Shown: piece by piece, positions 37,399 to 52,865 of the stretch
How positions within the stretch are numbered: position 1 is the stretch's first letter
Layout of the letters: each line of letters starts with the position of its first letter
Source of the DNA: the human T2T-CHM13v2.0 reference genome, Homo sapiens
DNA length: 64,000 bases
NCBI RefSeq assembly: GCF_009914755.1
Contig: NC_060931.1
Strand: one strand, 5' to 3'
Made by a program: the position numbers and the translations under genes
The notes under the pieces: model-generated
Told to the model about the DNA's origin: nothing
Databases searched by the model: none
What the model saw: the letters and a program-made list of their open reading frames with translations, nothing else

Positions 37399-38545
37399 CC
37401 AATGAAATAGGAGGAGAAGTAGGAAAAGTAGATGTCTCAGAAGCAAATGAATAAAAGGAGTGAGCGCTCAATGGTGTCTCATCCTTTAATAATTGTTGAG
37501 TAACCTGAAGACCAACTAAATTTACCAACATGGAAATAATTGGTAGCCTTGACATGAACATTTTTTGTGGAGTGATAAGGACAAAAACTCACTGGAGAAT
37601 ACGTGTAGATAAAAGTATAAGCAGTTGCTTTTAAGGACCATTTTGCGTATGTTTTTCACAGAGAAATTGAGCAAGAGGAGATGAGATCTAGTGTACCTAT
37701 GGGGAACTAAAAAAAGGAGCATAGGCAGTTTATCCAAACTAAGAGTACAGAAGGTAGAGTGTATGGTCTCAAATGACTTTAGGATATGTGTTAGTAGAAG
37801 CAAAGTAAAAAATGTTTTCTGGTTGCCTTCATTTCCTGAATAAAATAGGAATTAAAATCTCCTTGGAGACAGGATGATGGAAGAAGAATTGGAGATGCAA
37901 TAGGAGAAGAGAAAGTATATGATGGCTTTCTAGAAAATTGGAAAAAATGAGTGAACTACAAAAATATAGTATAATTGTACAATTCTACTAAGAGATAACT
38001 TGGGTCTAGTGATCTTAAGTTCAATGTAATACTTTTCAGCATGGTTGTATGCTCTTCTCTAGTCTAGCCCGTTTAGCTGTTTGCAAAGGTAGAGTGGCCC
38101 AAGAATTAGATTTAACCAACACTGGGTTTTATTAGGAGAGAACTAAGAGACAGAGAGAGGCAAGACAGTTGAGGAAGTATTCAAGAGTAATTTTAGTGAT
38201 GAATCCTGAAATTTATCCTGAATAATAATGGAGAAATGAGCATGAGATTAGTAAAGAACAGGAAAAAATAGTATAATAATTGAATTTTAAGTCCTAATTT
38301 AAAAAATGTTGGTGTCAGAGTACTAGAGGAAAGAATCAGTTGAGTGGAGGAATTGGCTAGAGTACTTAAAGTTGTATTTTTTTAAAGTATTTTTTTATAC
38401 TGGCTTGGGGAAATGGAAGATAGGGCTGTTTATAACTAATGACCTTACTTAAAAAGGGAAATTGTGTAAATTTGGAGGCAGGAATACTTGGAATAAAATT
38501 CCAAATATGCCACCTAATAGATCTATAACTTTCAACAGATCACTT

Positions 38546-38908
38546 TAAGGGAGGAGACCACCCCTCATATTGTCTTATGACCAATTTCTGCCTCAAAGAA
38601 AAAGTAGGACTTAAAGAAAAGACAGAAATGAAATCAGTAGTCAGACAGCCTGGCGCTGCATTCCAGGCCTGGTAGTTAAAGACTGACCCCTGCAGCCCCC
38701 AGTCACATACCCACTGCTTGCTCAATCCATCACAAACCTCTCACGTGGACCCCCTTAGAGCTGTAAGCCCTTAAAAGGGATAGGAATTGCTCACTCAGGG
38801 AGCTCTGTTTTTGGAAACATGAGTCTGCCGATGCTCCCAGCTGAAAAAGCCCTTTCCTTCCACAGCTAGGTGTCTGAGGGTTTCTTGTCTGTGGCTCATC
38901 CTGCTACA
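38546..38908 (+). mobile_element. LTR15-like (ERV1) solo LTR inserted in a MIR
   Basis: 'gggaggagaccacccctcatattgtcttatg' to 'ctgctaca'. 4-bp TSD ACTT (38542-38545, 38909-38912). Confidence 0.85.
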
Positions 38909-39227
38909 ACTTTACCTAAGCGTCTGTTTTCTTGTATGCAAATGGAAGTTAAGAGTAGCTACCTTAATGGATTCTTATGAAGATTAATTGAGATAATTCT
39001 AGATTAATTGTTAATTATAGTACCTGGCACATTGTAGATACTCTATAAATATTCATTATTTATATTAGCATATAAGCTTTCATCCAATAAAGTTGTTTGT
39101 TGAAGCAAATTTGACTTAAATCTAAGTGTGATTTAGATATTAAATACTTTTAATGTTTTAAATGTTAAAGCAAAGTCTTACAATCATTTTTTGGTAGTGC
39201 CAAGTTGATGTTAAGTAAATTTAGTTA

Positions 39228-39265
<38 letters not shown>

Positions 39266-39303
39266 AATATATATATACTATATATATTTTATATATATAT
39301 AAT
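39228..39303. repeat. (TG)n(TA)n microsatellite / AT-rich low complexity
   Basis: Directly visible. Confidence 0.95.
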
Positions 39304-39561
39304 AACATTTAAAAGTATGTCTACATATTTACCATATTCATTTAAACCAAATATTTAGCTGACTTTAATGAGAAGATGATTTTTTTCTGGCCATGTCTAT
39401 ATGAATTAAACATAAGAAATCATAATGAATGTTTTATTTAAAAAGTGTTTTACCTCTATGCCTATAGTGAAGAGAAGATATTATTATCTTTAAGTTTAAT
39501 GTAAGTTGTTAATGCGTATTAGATGCAAAGTGAAGTAATTGTCTATTGCCTAATAACATGG

Positions 39562-40560
39562 TTTATTTATTCATTCATTCATTCATTCATTCATTCATGA
39601 TTTTCTATGCCATAGACATTGTACTAGGTATCTGGGAAACAGACATACTAGAAATATAAAGGTAGGATGCATGATCCTATAAGACTTACACTGTAGTGAG
39701 AAAAACAGTAAATGAATATTCTGTGAAATGAACTATATAAATACAGATAGAGGGAAGTCTTCGGAAAAGAAAAAAAAACATAAAAATGGAGAATGAGAGA
39801 GAATAATCAGAATTGGAGGGATGTTCTGAAGAAGTTATGTTTGAGTAGAGGCCTGGATAATAATATGGCATTAGCCATATAAATAAATGTAGAACAAACA
39901 TTCTAGGTGGAAGGAATAACAAGTATGATGTATTCAGCAAGTTAGGGACAATATAAGGGAAAAAAAAAGGGTAGAAATTATTCCTGAAGGGGCAAACACA
40001 ATATATTCTACACACTTGTATGTGAATTAGTACTTCTATTTTAATTGTGTTAAGTTTGAGGTGACTATTAGACATGCCAGTCAAAAGGACTGACTGAAGT
40101 CCTCTTGAGAAGTTAGACATACGTTCTGAGGAACAGGCAGTCTTAAAAATCACAATGATCAATGCATGAAATGTATGAAAGAACCCAGAGTCATTCCTGA
40201 CTCTCCACTTTGCCTTAAACTCCAATTCAATACTTCTGAAAACTCTGAGATCTCAGGACATACACAGAACTAACCACTTCTCCACTCCTTTACTCCTATC
40301 ACTTACTCAGTCACCATCACCTTTATCCTTGATTATTAACATCATCTTTTTAGTGTTCTTACTGCTTCCACCCTTGGGTCTTATGGTTTATTCTCAACAC
40401 AGTACACAGAGTCATTAACACAATGTAGAAAAGATAATGTTATTCTTCTGTGTGTACAATCTAAGAGCTCCACTTTTTACTCAAAATGTGAACTCAAAAT
40501 GTGACATGATCCTATCATGGTCTCAAGGTCTAATATAATCTAGTTGCTCTAGTTGCTTAG
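39562..40560. mobile_element. L2 fragments with an (ATTC)n tail at ~39569-39597
   Basis: (CATT)n is the typical L2 3' microsatellite and is followed by L2-like sequence. Confidence 0.65.
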
Positions 40561-42574
40561 AGCCCTGTCAAAATTGTTACTACACATTCTCAGGCCATTT
40601 CCCTTATGTTCAGATAAATGGTATATTCATAGACTTCCTATCCAAAGACAACACTTGTAGTGCCTTTTTTACTTTCCAGGTCTTACATCAGAAGATGTAA
40701 GTTTTCTCTGGCATCTCTGCGTGTTCATCCTGTCTACTCTCTGGACTATGCCATTCTGTTCCCTTCTCTATTACCTAAGACTATTTTTTAAATTCATAGT
40801 AATTATTTTCAGTAGTTATACTTAGTATCGTTGCCTATTTGTGCATATTATGATGTTGATTGGATTTAGGGAGAGAACACACTGAAATATTGCTTAAGCA
40901 AATACAGTTTAGATGGAAAGGAGATGCATTTTGGTGGGTTATGAGAGTAACTCTGAAACCAGACTACTTTGGTTCACATCCCAATTCTACCACTTAGTAG
41001 ATGAGTATAATCTCATGCAATTTATTCAATCTCTCTATGCCTTATTTTCTCATGATAGTGATATTAATATCCAAAGTCATAGACCTGTTGTTAAAACTTA
41101 AATTAGTCGATTCATGTAAAGAAATTGGTATGTCTATACATAGAAAGTACTTAATATGTTATTAAATTATTATTTTGCTGCTGTTGAAAGGCTATCCTTA
41201 AAATCAATTGTGTGATTAATATCTTGGGCAACTTATATTATTAATATTAGAATAGTAAAACAAATATTTTGAAGGGAAAGAAAAATGTCAGGAATGTACT
41301 TCTGGTTCAACTTAAATATCCATGTAATTTTAAAACTGGAAGGATCATGTAACTTGGTGAAAGTCTGACTTTTTTGGTAAACTTCTCCTATGATCACTTC
41401 CAATCTTTTATTTCTTCTTCTTCTCTGCTTTTTTCAAGTTTAATTCCTTTGCTGAAATAAATCTCTATCTTGGATGTGCAGTGACTATTAAATACTACAA
41501 TTGATTGCTGCTGTATGTTCTACTAATGAGCCATAAGAAATTCTTTCTCTTGTCACTTTTACACAGCTGACTTCATTCACATTGCATAAATGAACACCTA
41601 AAAACAAATCAGTGTCAGTTTTTATTAATATGTAGCAGTTTTTAGATTACAGTTACCAAATAGGAAAACGTATTTGTTAGTTAAAAGTGAAGATTAAAAA
41701 ATGATGAATTTCTGAGAATTGTATTTCAATTGCAACCTTATAGAGAAATATTAAGGAGAGTATCACAAAGTGGAAAGAACACAATGTGAGGCAGCAGAAC
41801 TGAATCTCCATAGAAGATCCTTCCCCTTTACTGGTTGTATAAACTTGATGGAATACTTAACCTCGCTGAGCCACAGATTTTCAATCTGTAAAACAGAATT
41901 CCTTTCCCATTAAATTCACACTATTCAGAGCAATAAGAGACCCCATTTGCAACACAGTAGTAGGTGAAACATTTTAGTGAGGGTAATAATTAAGATGTTA
42001 AATTCCCACATACTTGAGGGAGACAGTGGGTGTAGAGGGGAGAGATGCAAGACCTCATTCCATGGAAAAATGAGGTGCCTGGGCTTCAAAGTTCTTTTTG
42101 AGCGTACACTAGCAGACAATCACCACTGTCCAAGGTGACATCTCTTAGACTCTGAGTCCCTGCACTCCCTATATGCCTCTTAAACTAGTGCTGTGATAAG
42201 ATTGAGGGGAGCACTGGCCATTCTACTTTGCTGAATTTGCTTCAACTCCTACTGTGATGAAAACACCTGACTGTTGCTATATCCTCAATTCAACCCTTGA
42301 TAAGATTGTCTGCCTTCAATTTCTGCTGCAAAATAATTTAGCTCTACCCTAGTAGGATGCCTGACAGACCCATAGGCTCTCAACTCAGAATCCACATCTG
42401 AATAGAAATAAGGAGCATTCACGTATGCCAGCTAGGGCCTGACCTTGCTCTAGTCTCTTCATTGGCCTGTTACTTTATTTTGTAGTAAGGCTTTGCACAG
42501 AGTCTCTTTCTGGTGTCCTAATTCACTAAGGAACAAGGTAAATATTCCACACTTTCTGTACTCCCTTCATTTTA

Positions 42575-43050
42575 TTAAACACATATCTAAAGAAGGTCCC
42601 AGTGAACTATGTCTCTGAGCATTCACAGTCTCGTGGATGGACCAACCCTGTAACTCACTTATCATGAAGAAACTCTGGCACAAGTGGCGCTACAAGACTT
42701 CTGAGCCTAGGTAAGAAGCAGCATGGTAGTGTTTGCCATGGTCTTTCAGAATGCTTTCTCTGGAGCATATAAGAAATCTGAGTGCTCTGGAACTGCCCTG
42801 TGAGGAATCTCAAGTTCCTTATGTTGAGCGTCCACATAGAGAGAGATGGTTAACCAGCCTCAGCACTTCCTGGCACCAGACATACAGGGGAAGAAATCTT
42901 TCAAGTACTTTAGCCTCAACAGTAATCTCATTGAAACCCCAAAGGAGCACCATCAGGCTGAACTCATCAGTTGTATGAATCAAAGAAAACAATAACAACT
43001 CATTGTTGTAATCTAATGTGCTTTCAGGGGATATGTTCTATAGCAATAGA
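42575..43050 (+). mobile_element. Old MLT1 LTR
   Basis: 3' end 'atgtgctttcaggggatatgttctatagcaatagacaagc' resembles an MLT1 terminus. Confidence 0.55.
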
Positions 43051-44276
43051 CAAGCAGGACATCTTCTTTTGTTTAAAAGCCAAAGAGGGAAAATTAGGAC
43101 ACCAATCTGTTCTACTCACATGTCTATTTTTCTTCTTTCTTCTCGCAATTCTAGGAGCTATAAATACATGCAGGTGTCATCGTTCTGCTGTTTGTGTTTG
43201 AGGATGTGGGGTTTTTGTTGGTGGTGATGGTTCTGGTTTTATTTTGTTTTGCTATTCTTAACAGTAAACTGGTTTCTCCTTTACACTAATAGTCTCTAAA
43301 TTTGTTTTGATCTTATACTCCTCCAAATAAAAAGACATGTTGAGAATTCATGTGCACATGCCCTGAAGGAAAATATATATATATATATGATAGAATGTGG
43401 GAAGCAGAGAAGAAAAGAAGAACCGAAAGCAAAAGTACAATTTCAGGAAAGTCTTGAGGGGAGTGCTTTAGCCTGATTCCGCAAAGAATTCCTGGAGTGT
43501 CAATTCTGTGTCAAAAATTTGTTCTGGCTTAAGGCAGAGGACCTGAGCTTTCATAACCTACACTGATTTGTCTCTAACTAAGGGCTTTCTGAGGAGGTGG
43601 CAATGGGAAGACAAATTCTGAGGACTTCTAGTTTCAACAGGCCAAGCATCTGCAGTAGCAGCTCTATGAAGAGCCACAGTTGTGCACTATTGAAAGAAAA
43701 AGTGGGCAGACGCTGGGAATCAAAAACAGTGAAAGAAAGTAAAGGGAATTTCATTGGCACCAGCAATATCCATATATACCCCAATATATGTTATGGTGGC
43801 AAACATAAAAGATGATAAAAAGACATTGCTTTAGGAACAGCCTCACAGGGTGGATTGTACAGAAATCACCCCAGAAGAATTATTTTCTTCTTCTTCTTTT
43901 TCAGGTACTCCTAGAAATTCAGCTAACAAATCAAAAACTGATCTAAGACAAATGGCTTTCAGAAAAGATTCCTCCTTCCTCTTCTCCCTACTTCTTCTCC
44001 TCCTCCAAGCCAGACTGGGATACAAGTAACACATATAAAACATTCCAGCAGCTCACATTAATGAGTTCATGAAAACCTAATCGTTATCTACTCTCTATAT
44101 TAAAATTATATCTCACAGGTTTACATTAGAGTCTTCTTAATATTTGTTATAAAAGGGAGACTCTATTATAGTACCACAGTAACATAGCTATCTGCTCACC
44201 AACTACTTATCAGTGTGAGTGCCATTGCCCTTCTCAGGATGCCTATTTACTTTTAATAAAGTAATCTTGACATATG

Positions 44277-44625
44277 TAAAGCAAGTCAAACAGATAAATA
44301 CTGAATCAGATAAATCTAAAACATATTTACTTAAAAAAAGTTTTTCTATCATGACAGTGTCATGACATCAATGGCTATTACTGCAAGACACAAGAAACTT
44401 CTAGGCCAGATTAGTTGATATGGACTGAAGATGTCTTTACTAATAAAATTTCCTACTATAGACGTAAATTTCCTTTACAAAAGGGCAGCTTTTCAGAGCT
44501 GCTCCTATGTCTGTGGTTTCTCAAAATAATCTGCTCCAAATATGCCAAAGAACTATGTGTTGCGATGACATATTCTGGTTTTCCACAGTAATGTTTTGGG
44601 GGTGGTGTGTCCTGCCTCCCAACAT
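44277..44625 (-). mobile_element. ERV1 LTR remnant (MER34-like)
   Basis: rc 'tgtggaaaaccagaatatgtc...ttggcatattt...gattattttgaga'. Confidence 0.55.
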
Positions 44626-45291
44626 ATCCATCCTGCCATATTTCTTGTTGTTTGTTTTGCTGCCTACTCTACTTGCATTGTAGGTATTACCTTCAACATA
44701 TGGCCTCTTTGCATAAATAGTTAAAGCAATTTATAATTTCATAGGGTTCATTTGGTTGAATTGGGAGGGTATAATCTGTAAATCCACTTCACAGGCGCAT
44801 ATTACTGCACTATGTCACACTATGCTGAAGATAAACCAACTGGGGAGGACATCATTACCATTACTTATTATTGGAGAACCCCTATGATTGCCTCTGAGTA
44901 GCTCATAGAACATAGAGGACATTTGACCACCTAACACAGGGGACAGAATTAGGACACCTTTTAAACTCTATGAATTAAAATTAGTAAAGTATAATGTCTT
45001 ATTTATGTTTAAATAAATCTAAAATTTAAATGTAGGAACTAGTATTTTCTTCCTACACCCAAGTCAACTTACCTGGTATAACATACCAGGGTTTACGTAC
45101 TTCACTTTTCTTTCTCCTACCTTTTTTTCCCCAATTTCAACCAAACTATAAGTAGGCCAACATCATCATCATCACCTAATAACTCCCATTCTGCCCTCCT
45201 GCCATCTGTGGTTCCTCTAAACTACTCTGAATGTGCCTCTTCTGGATATGTCGTGTAAGTGGAATCACAGAACATTTATCCTCTTGTGTAA

Positions 45292-45757
<466 letters not shown>

Positions 45758-46556
45758 AATACTTTGTAATTTTATGTAAAATATTACATACTATAAAAAT
45801 ACATATATGGATGAACATACAGAAATTTTCCACAATCTATCTGAAAATATAGGTAATATATTTTCCATTATGAGGTGAGTTGAGAGAAAAAAGTTTCTTA
45901 TTTATAATATTAATTAATGAGATAGCACATTATACTTAATTTGCATATCTTACTGGAAGCTAAAACATGCCAGTTGAGCAACTGTCTTAATTAATTGTCG
46001 TTCAGTGAACCACAGTGCACTGCATTTCGTAAAGAAATAAGATAGACCACTGACTGTTTAATTCTCTTTAGCACAAGAGTTACAAATCATACTAAAAAAC
46101 ATTAAAATAATTACTAAGTTATATACTCATATACACATACACAAACATATATAATTCTAGCTGTTCATTTGAAACAAGAAAGTAAATTGTTTTTATATTT
46201 TCTTTTAAATTGGCATATAACAAAATTACTTCTTTTTTAGTAGTTTTATTCAAAAATCTATTTCACCAATTGTTCACTTTAGAAAATGCTAAACAAATTA
46301 TTTTAATAAAATTACTCCCAATTTGGCTTAGAAAGTTTGATTATAAATTAGAAAATTGAAACAACACTCAGAATTTGAAATACAAAATTAAAAAATTTCT
46401 TTTTTCCTAAAGATGTGTTCATAGCACATGATCAGATAATAACAAATAAACTTACGTAGTTTTTTGTGGCCATTTTTTAATTTACCAAGTACTCAGAAAA
46501 TGTGATGTGGATTCTTTGATTTTTATATTAATAGTAGCTTCAATTATTTGTTCTGA

Positions 46557-46883
<327 letters not shown>

Positions 46884-46955
46884 TGAAAATTCCCATTATT
46901 AAAAAAAACAGAGGAACATAATTTCTTCACGAGCGGTATGTGTATAGTAATGGAC

Positions 46956-47535
46956 TGTAGGGGAGAAAAAAACTTTTCTGTCTACCCTCTGAAGTTGATA
47001 ATCAAGTCTATAAAATAAACTGACAGTAAACAGATTAACAACAGAAAAGGCAAACACATTTATTACATGCATGGGGCATCATCAAAGGAAAGAAGTGTGT
47101 ACCCCAAAAGCCACTGAGACCTAAAAGCTGCATACACTCTTTGTAGGGGAGACTGGAGGGGAGATGTAGGCAACTTAAGGGAGAGTGAATAATTTTGGAG
47201 AAAAATCAATGGGCTCTCCAAAGAACAGGTGATAGTCCGGGTGGTGTCAAATTTCAGTCTCTTCTTCTGTGATACAGTTAATCTTTTGTGGGTAATGGAT
47301 TACTAGGGTGCAGACTCATGACAATTGCATTTCTTCTGTCTGTAGTCAGATAAGGGAACATCACAGAAAGCCCCTCCCTGTGCTCAGAAGAAAAGAGGAA
47401 TGAGAAACAGGAGAGTAGAGAAGGTCCGAGAGACACTGGTTCTGAGGCTGCTTCTGAAGCCTTCCAATCTTTAGTTCAAAGTACTCTGCCTGCCAAGGTG
47501 TCATGCTTTCAGATATTATTTTCTGAGTCCCAACA
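46956..47535 (-). mobile_element. ERV1 solo LTR (MER39/LTR48-like)
   Basis: rc start 'tgttgggactcagaaaataatatc' and TG...CA termini. Confidence 0.7.
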
Positions 47536-47832
47536 AGGCCATCAGGAAATTCTGTCTTCACAGAATCATCAACTTGTTGGCTTCTGTATACATCACTGTG
47601 ATAGAACTCTCTGTAGCTTCTAGAGACTGGCATAACTTTGAGTTTGTACATTATAGTGCTATTCACTCAAATAAAAGAGTTAATGTTTATAGTGCTCTCT
47701 CTGCCAAAAATTTTGCTTGATCTTTTTTCATGCGTTATCTCATTTAATCCTAATAATCCTTTGAGGATAGGTACTACTATAAGCGACCTTCTTTTTCAGG
47801 CAAAGAAGCCAAGCTTCAGAGACATTAAGTGT

Positions 47833-48275
47833 GTGAAAGGAAAATAAAAACTTGAGATCCCAATTCATTATGCCAAAAGTAAAACATTAAGCTGAAAGCT
47901 GAGTCATGCAAGAAAATGCCTTTCCTTTTGTTCCTCAGTAGACAGCTACAGAAAAAAGTTTAAATATCTCCACAGATTCACCTTATCTTATGTAAAGTGC
48001 ATATATATTGAGTGTAAGACTAATGCATAATTGACTATTCCCCTACCTGTTTCTTTTCCCTTGCAAGATGTGGATTGCCCTACCCTCCCTCTTTCCCCTC
48101 CAACCCACTCTTCCCTTTTAAATATTAAAGCCCTCAAAATTATCTTTGAAGAAAGGCACAGACCATAGACTGTTTCTGTGATCCCTTGTTTATTTCTTCT
48201 GGGCATTGTTCTTAACTTTGGCAAAATAAACTTCTAAATTGATTGAGACCTGTCTCAGATACTTTTCTGTTTACA
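47833..48275 (+). mobile_element. MER4-family solo LTR
   Basis: Start 'tgtgaaaggaaaataaaaacttg' and end 'ggcaaaataaacttctaaattgattgagacctgtctcagatac...tttaca'. Confidence 0.85.
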
Positions 48276-48278
48276 AGT

Positions 48279-48905
48279 TGTCAGAGACATTTGAACCAGA
48301 GCAACTCCATCTTGAATAGGGGCTGAATAAAATAAGGCTGAGTCGTGCTGGGCTGCATTCCCAGTAAGTTAGGCATTCTAAGTCACAGGATGACATAGGA
48401 GGCTGGCACAAGATACAGGTCATAAAGACCTTGCTGATAAAGCAGGTTGCAGTAAAGAACCTGTGGCCCGAACCCACCAAAAACAAAATGGCCATGAAAG
48501 TGACCTCTGGTCAATCTCACTGCTCGTGATATGCTAATCGTAATGCATTAATATACTAAATGGCACTCCCACCAGCGTCATGACAATCTACAAATGCCAT
48601 GACAATGGCAGGAAGTTACCAAATATAGTCTAAAAAGGGGAGGAACCCTTAGTTCTGGTAATTGACCACCCCTTTGCCAGAAAACTCATGAATAGTTCAC
48701 CCCTTGTTTAGCATATAATCAAGAAATAACCATAACCATAAAAAATGGGCAAACAGCAGCCCTTGGGGCTGCTCTGTTTATGGAATAGCCACTCTTTATT
48801 TTCTCAATGAACTTGCTTTACTTTACTCTATGAATTCACCTCAAATTTTTCGTGGGGTCCAAGAACCCTCTCTTGGGGTCTGGATCAGGACCCCTTTCCA
48901 AGGTC
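48279..48905 (+). mobile_element. MER41(B-like) solo LTR
   Basis: Start 'tgtcagagacatttgaaccagagcaactccatcttgaataggggctg' and end 'ccaagaaccctctcttggggtctggatcaggacccctttcc'. Confidence 0.9.
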
Positions 48906-49119
48906 ACACAAGTATGATTCTCATGAAATCATTTGACTGATGAACAAATGGTTTCCTCCACACATCAGGATGCTGGTGTCAATGGCTATCAAAATGATAA
49001 TGCCAATGGTATTATCTTTCTCCCATAACTTCTTCACTTCAAAAGATGGTGTACTTTTGTGCAATAAAAATCTGTTTAGATATGTGAATGGTATTTCAAA
49101 CTCTTCTGTTGTTACCCTA

Positions 49120-49913
49120 AATCATTCTGCCAGATACCCTAAATCATCTCTCTCAAGTTCAAAGCCCCAAATATCTCTAGGGTAGGGGCAAAATGCTGCC
49201 AGTCTTTTTGCTAAAGCATAACAAGAGTCACTTCTATTCAAGTTCCCAAAAAGTTCCTCATCTCCATCTGAGACCATCTCAGCCTGGACATTATTGTCCA
49301 TGTCACTGTCAGCATTTTGGGAAAAGGCATTCAATAAGTCTCTAGGAAGTTTCAAACTTTCCCACATCTTCCCATCTTCTGAGCCCTCCAAATCTCTTGG
49401 AAGCTCCAAAGTTTCCAGCATTTTCCTGTCTTCTTCTGAGCCCTCCAAACTGTTCTAACCTCTGCCTGTTACCCAGTTTCAAAGTTGCTTCCACATTTTT
49501 GGGTATCTTTACAGCAGTGCCCCACTCCCAGTACCAATATACTATATTAGTTTGTTCTCATGCTGCTAATAAAGACATACCAAAGACTGGGTAATTTATA
49601 AAGGAAAAAGGTTTAATTGATTCAAAGTTCAGCATGGCTGGAGAGGCATCAGGAAACTTACAATCATGGCAGAAGGAGAAGAAAACACATCCTTCTTCAC
49701 ATGGCAGCAGCAAGGAGAAGGGCAGAGTGAAAGCTGGAGAAAAGCTCCTTATAAAATTATCAGATCTCATGAGAACTCACTATCATGAGAACAGCATGGA
49801 GGTAACCACCCCCATGATTCAATTACCTCCCATCAGGTTCATCCCATGATGTGGGGATTATGAGAACTGCTGTTCAATGTGAGATTTGGGTGGGGACACA
49901 AGCAAACATATTA
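49120..49913 (-). mobile_element. THE1 (MaLR) LTR (49542-49913) plus adjacent internal fragment
   Basis: 'ttctcatgctgctaataaagacatacc' LTR text. ORF remnant 49122-49448 is homologous to the MST internal remnant. Confidence 0.88.
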
Positions 49914-51828
49914 GAGGACTTCTCAGATAAGTTTGCAGGAAATAAATGCTTCATCTGAGCTCATTTATCATGTATTCACCTTTAGCTCCTGACACATTCC
50001 CAGTAAATGGTGATATTGGCAAACTAATTTAATTTCATATTCTTTATTTAGGCATAAAGCATATTTACATGTTTCCTAAATTACTATAAAATTTTATATT
50101 GGTTATTAATTTCAGTTAATTTTTTAATCCAGCTTTAAAACATATATAATTGTAGCAAATATCAAATAATGGAAAGCTAATTTATTGGTCAGCTAGTTTT
50201 GGAATTAAAGAAAAATTAAACACTTAAAACATGTTTTTAAAATGGCTGTTTTAGGGTAGAGAAACTGAATCCCAGAACCTAAGCGGAGCAGTTGAAATAA
50301 AGAGTTTTTCTTCTTCCAGACCAATACCTGAGAAGGTTATACTTTTTCCCAGGCCACTCCCGACACTTCTCCTTGGTTCTAGATGCTATGTTGTGCCATG
50401 GTAAGACGGTACCTAGACTGTAGCAGGAAGATGCTGTCTACAGTGAACTTGGTTGGACAGAGGATCCAGACCTTCCAGTAACAGCCAAGAGAGAAGAAGC
50501 CCACTACAGCCCATGTGGGAGAAAATACAGAAAGCAACTCTGTAAATCAATTGGAACAGGCTGATTCTAGAGGGAAGTCAACTTACAATTGCAGTATTTC
50601 CTGCTAGCCTCACTTCTCCCCCTCGCCCCGCCCCTGCCTCCGCCCCACCCCGCCCTCTCGCCTTTGACTTGAGGGCAGGCCCAAATTGAGAAACTTAGCT
50701 ACAGGCCTAAACATCAAAGCATCCTAGGGAAATCCATCCTCCTGCCTGGATAACTGGGAAAAAGAGACTTTGTGAGCTGATAAGTATGGAGGAAATCCCT
50801 TCTGTTTCTCTATCTCTTGCTATCTCTTCCTCTCCCTCTCTCTCTTTTCTCTACCACTTTCTTCCCAAGGTCGTCGATCTGCACAGTTGCAGAGGAGGTA
50901 GCTTCGTATCTAAAATTCAAGAGAAAATAATTTCTCTGTGTAGAGAAATAAGAAAAAGAGTCCCAATGGGGCAAAAACGATTGAAATAATTATTGTTATT
51001 TCTCTCTCTCTTTTTAAATACTTCACCAAAGATGGGTTCAGCAGGTAAAACTGTGCAGTAATATGGAAGGTTAAAATGCTAAAAGAACATCTCACTTGCC
51101 AGTGAAACTGGAAAAAAGGACTCTGTGAGCCTACAAGTGTGAAGGATATCCTGGAGAAGAGACATATAGAGAAGAGGATCTTCTAATTCTGGGTATGAAC
51201 CTATACAAGCCTCACGGTCATCCTCAAACTCTATGTATGCATGTAATGCCTCTGAGAAACATAACAAAGGCTTTGTGAATTGAACTATAATCTACACTAA
51301 CACCTAAGTCACAAACACCTGCAAGGAGTATAACGGGGCAGAAGCAAACAGCAAAGAAAAGGTTTTGAAATCTGACACTATAATGTAAATGAGGTGAAAC
51401 ACAGCATATAGTGTAAACCTAAATAGATATATTGCCAGCTAAAACAACAAGACTAACAAAACCAAGAGCTAAATAGTATGGGTAACAAATAGAACTTTCA
51501 TACATTGCTGATAGAGATACACTTTTGAAAATAGTTTAAAAATTTAATATAAATTTAAACATACTCTTAACATATGACCCAGAAATTCTATTTCTAAATA
51601 TTTACCCACATAAAATGTAAGCCTTTTATTTGCTTCCAAAACTATTTTAGGGAATATCATTAGGAAATGATCTAATCCTAACCAATTCTAGTTTTCTTTA
51701 GTTCATTTGTTTGGTCATTTATAAAAATGAAATGTATAAAATAAATACAGGATGGATTTTGTATCCTGTTCAAGAGCTTTATTCAAAATCACCAAAATCT
51801 GTAAATAAGCCAGTGTTCCTTAACTAGG

Positions 51829-52229
51829 TGTGTTAGTTTTCTTTGTATTGCTATAAAGGTATACCTGGGTCTGGGTATTTTATAAAGAAGAGAAGTTTAC
51901 TTGGCTCGTAGTTCTGCAGGCTGTGCAAGAAGCATGGTGCCAGTAACTGCTTCTGGTTAGCACCTCAGGAAGCTTTCAATTTTGGTAGAAGGGGAAGGGG
52001 AACTGGCCATATGGCAACAGGACCAAGAGAGAGGAGGGGGTGGTGCTACACTGTTAAACAACCAGATCTCATGTGAAGGAGTAGAACAAGAACTCACAGG
52101 GAAGGCACCAACCCATTCACAAGGGATCCACCAACATGACCCAAACATGTCCCACTAGGCCCCACCTCCTACACTGGGAATCACATTTCAATACGAGATT
52201 TGGAGGGGACAAATGTCCAAAACGTATCA
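51829..52229 (-). mobile_element. MST (MaLR) solo LTR
   Basis: TG...CA termini and a perfect 5-bp TSD CTAGG (51824-51828, 52230-52234). Confidence 0.92.
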
Positions 52230-52462
52230 CTAGGGGATGGAGAAATAAGTGGTGATATATCCAAAAATGGAATATTACTCAGCAAATAAAGGGAACAAAC
52301 TATTTATGTATAAATGAATGAATCTCAAATGTTTTATGCTATTTGACAGTATCTAGACTCAAAATTTTACATACTATATGAGTCAACATATATGACATTT
52401 TGAAAAAAAAATCACTGTAGGGATGGAAAATAGTGTTTACTAAGCATTAAAAGGAAGCAGAA

Positions 52463-52865
<403 letters not shown>

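Noticed and set aside
39686-40225. 179-aa hydrophobic ORF
   Set aside because: Overlaps degenerate L2 sequence. The F/L/I bias follows from T-richness and it has no domain motifs.
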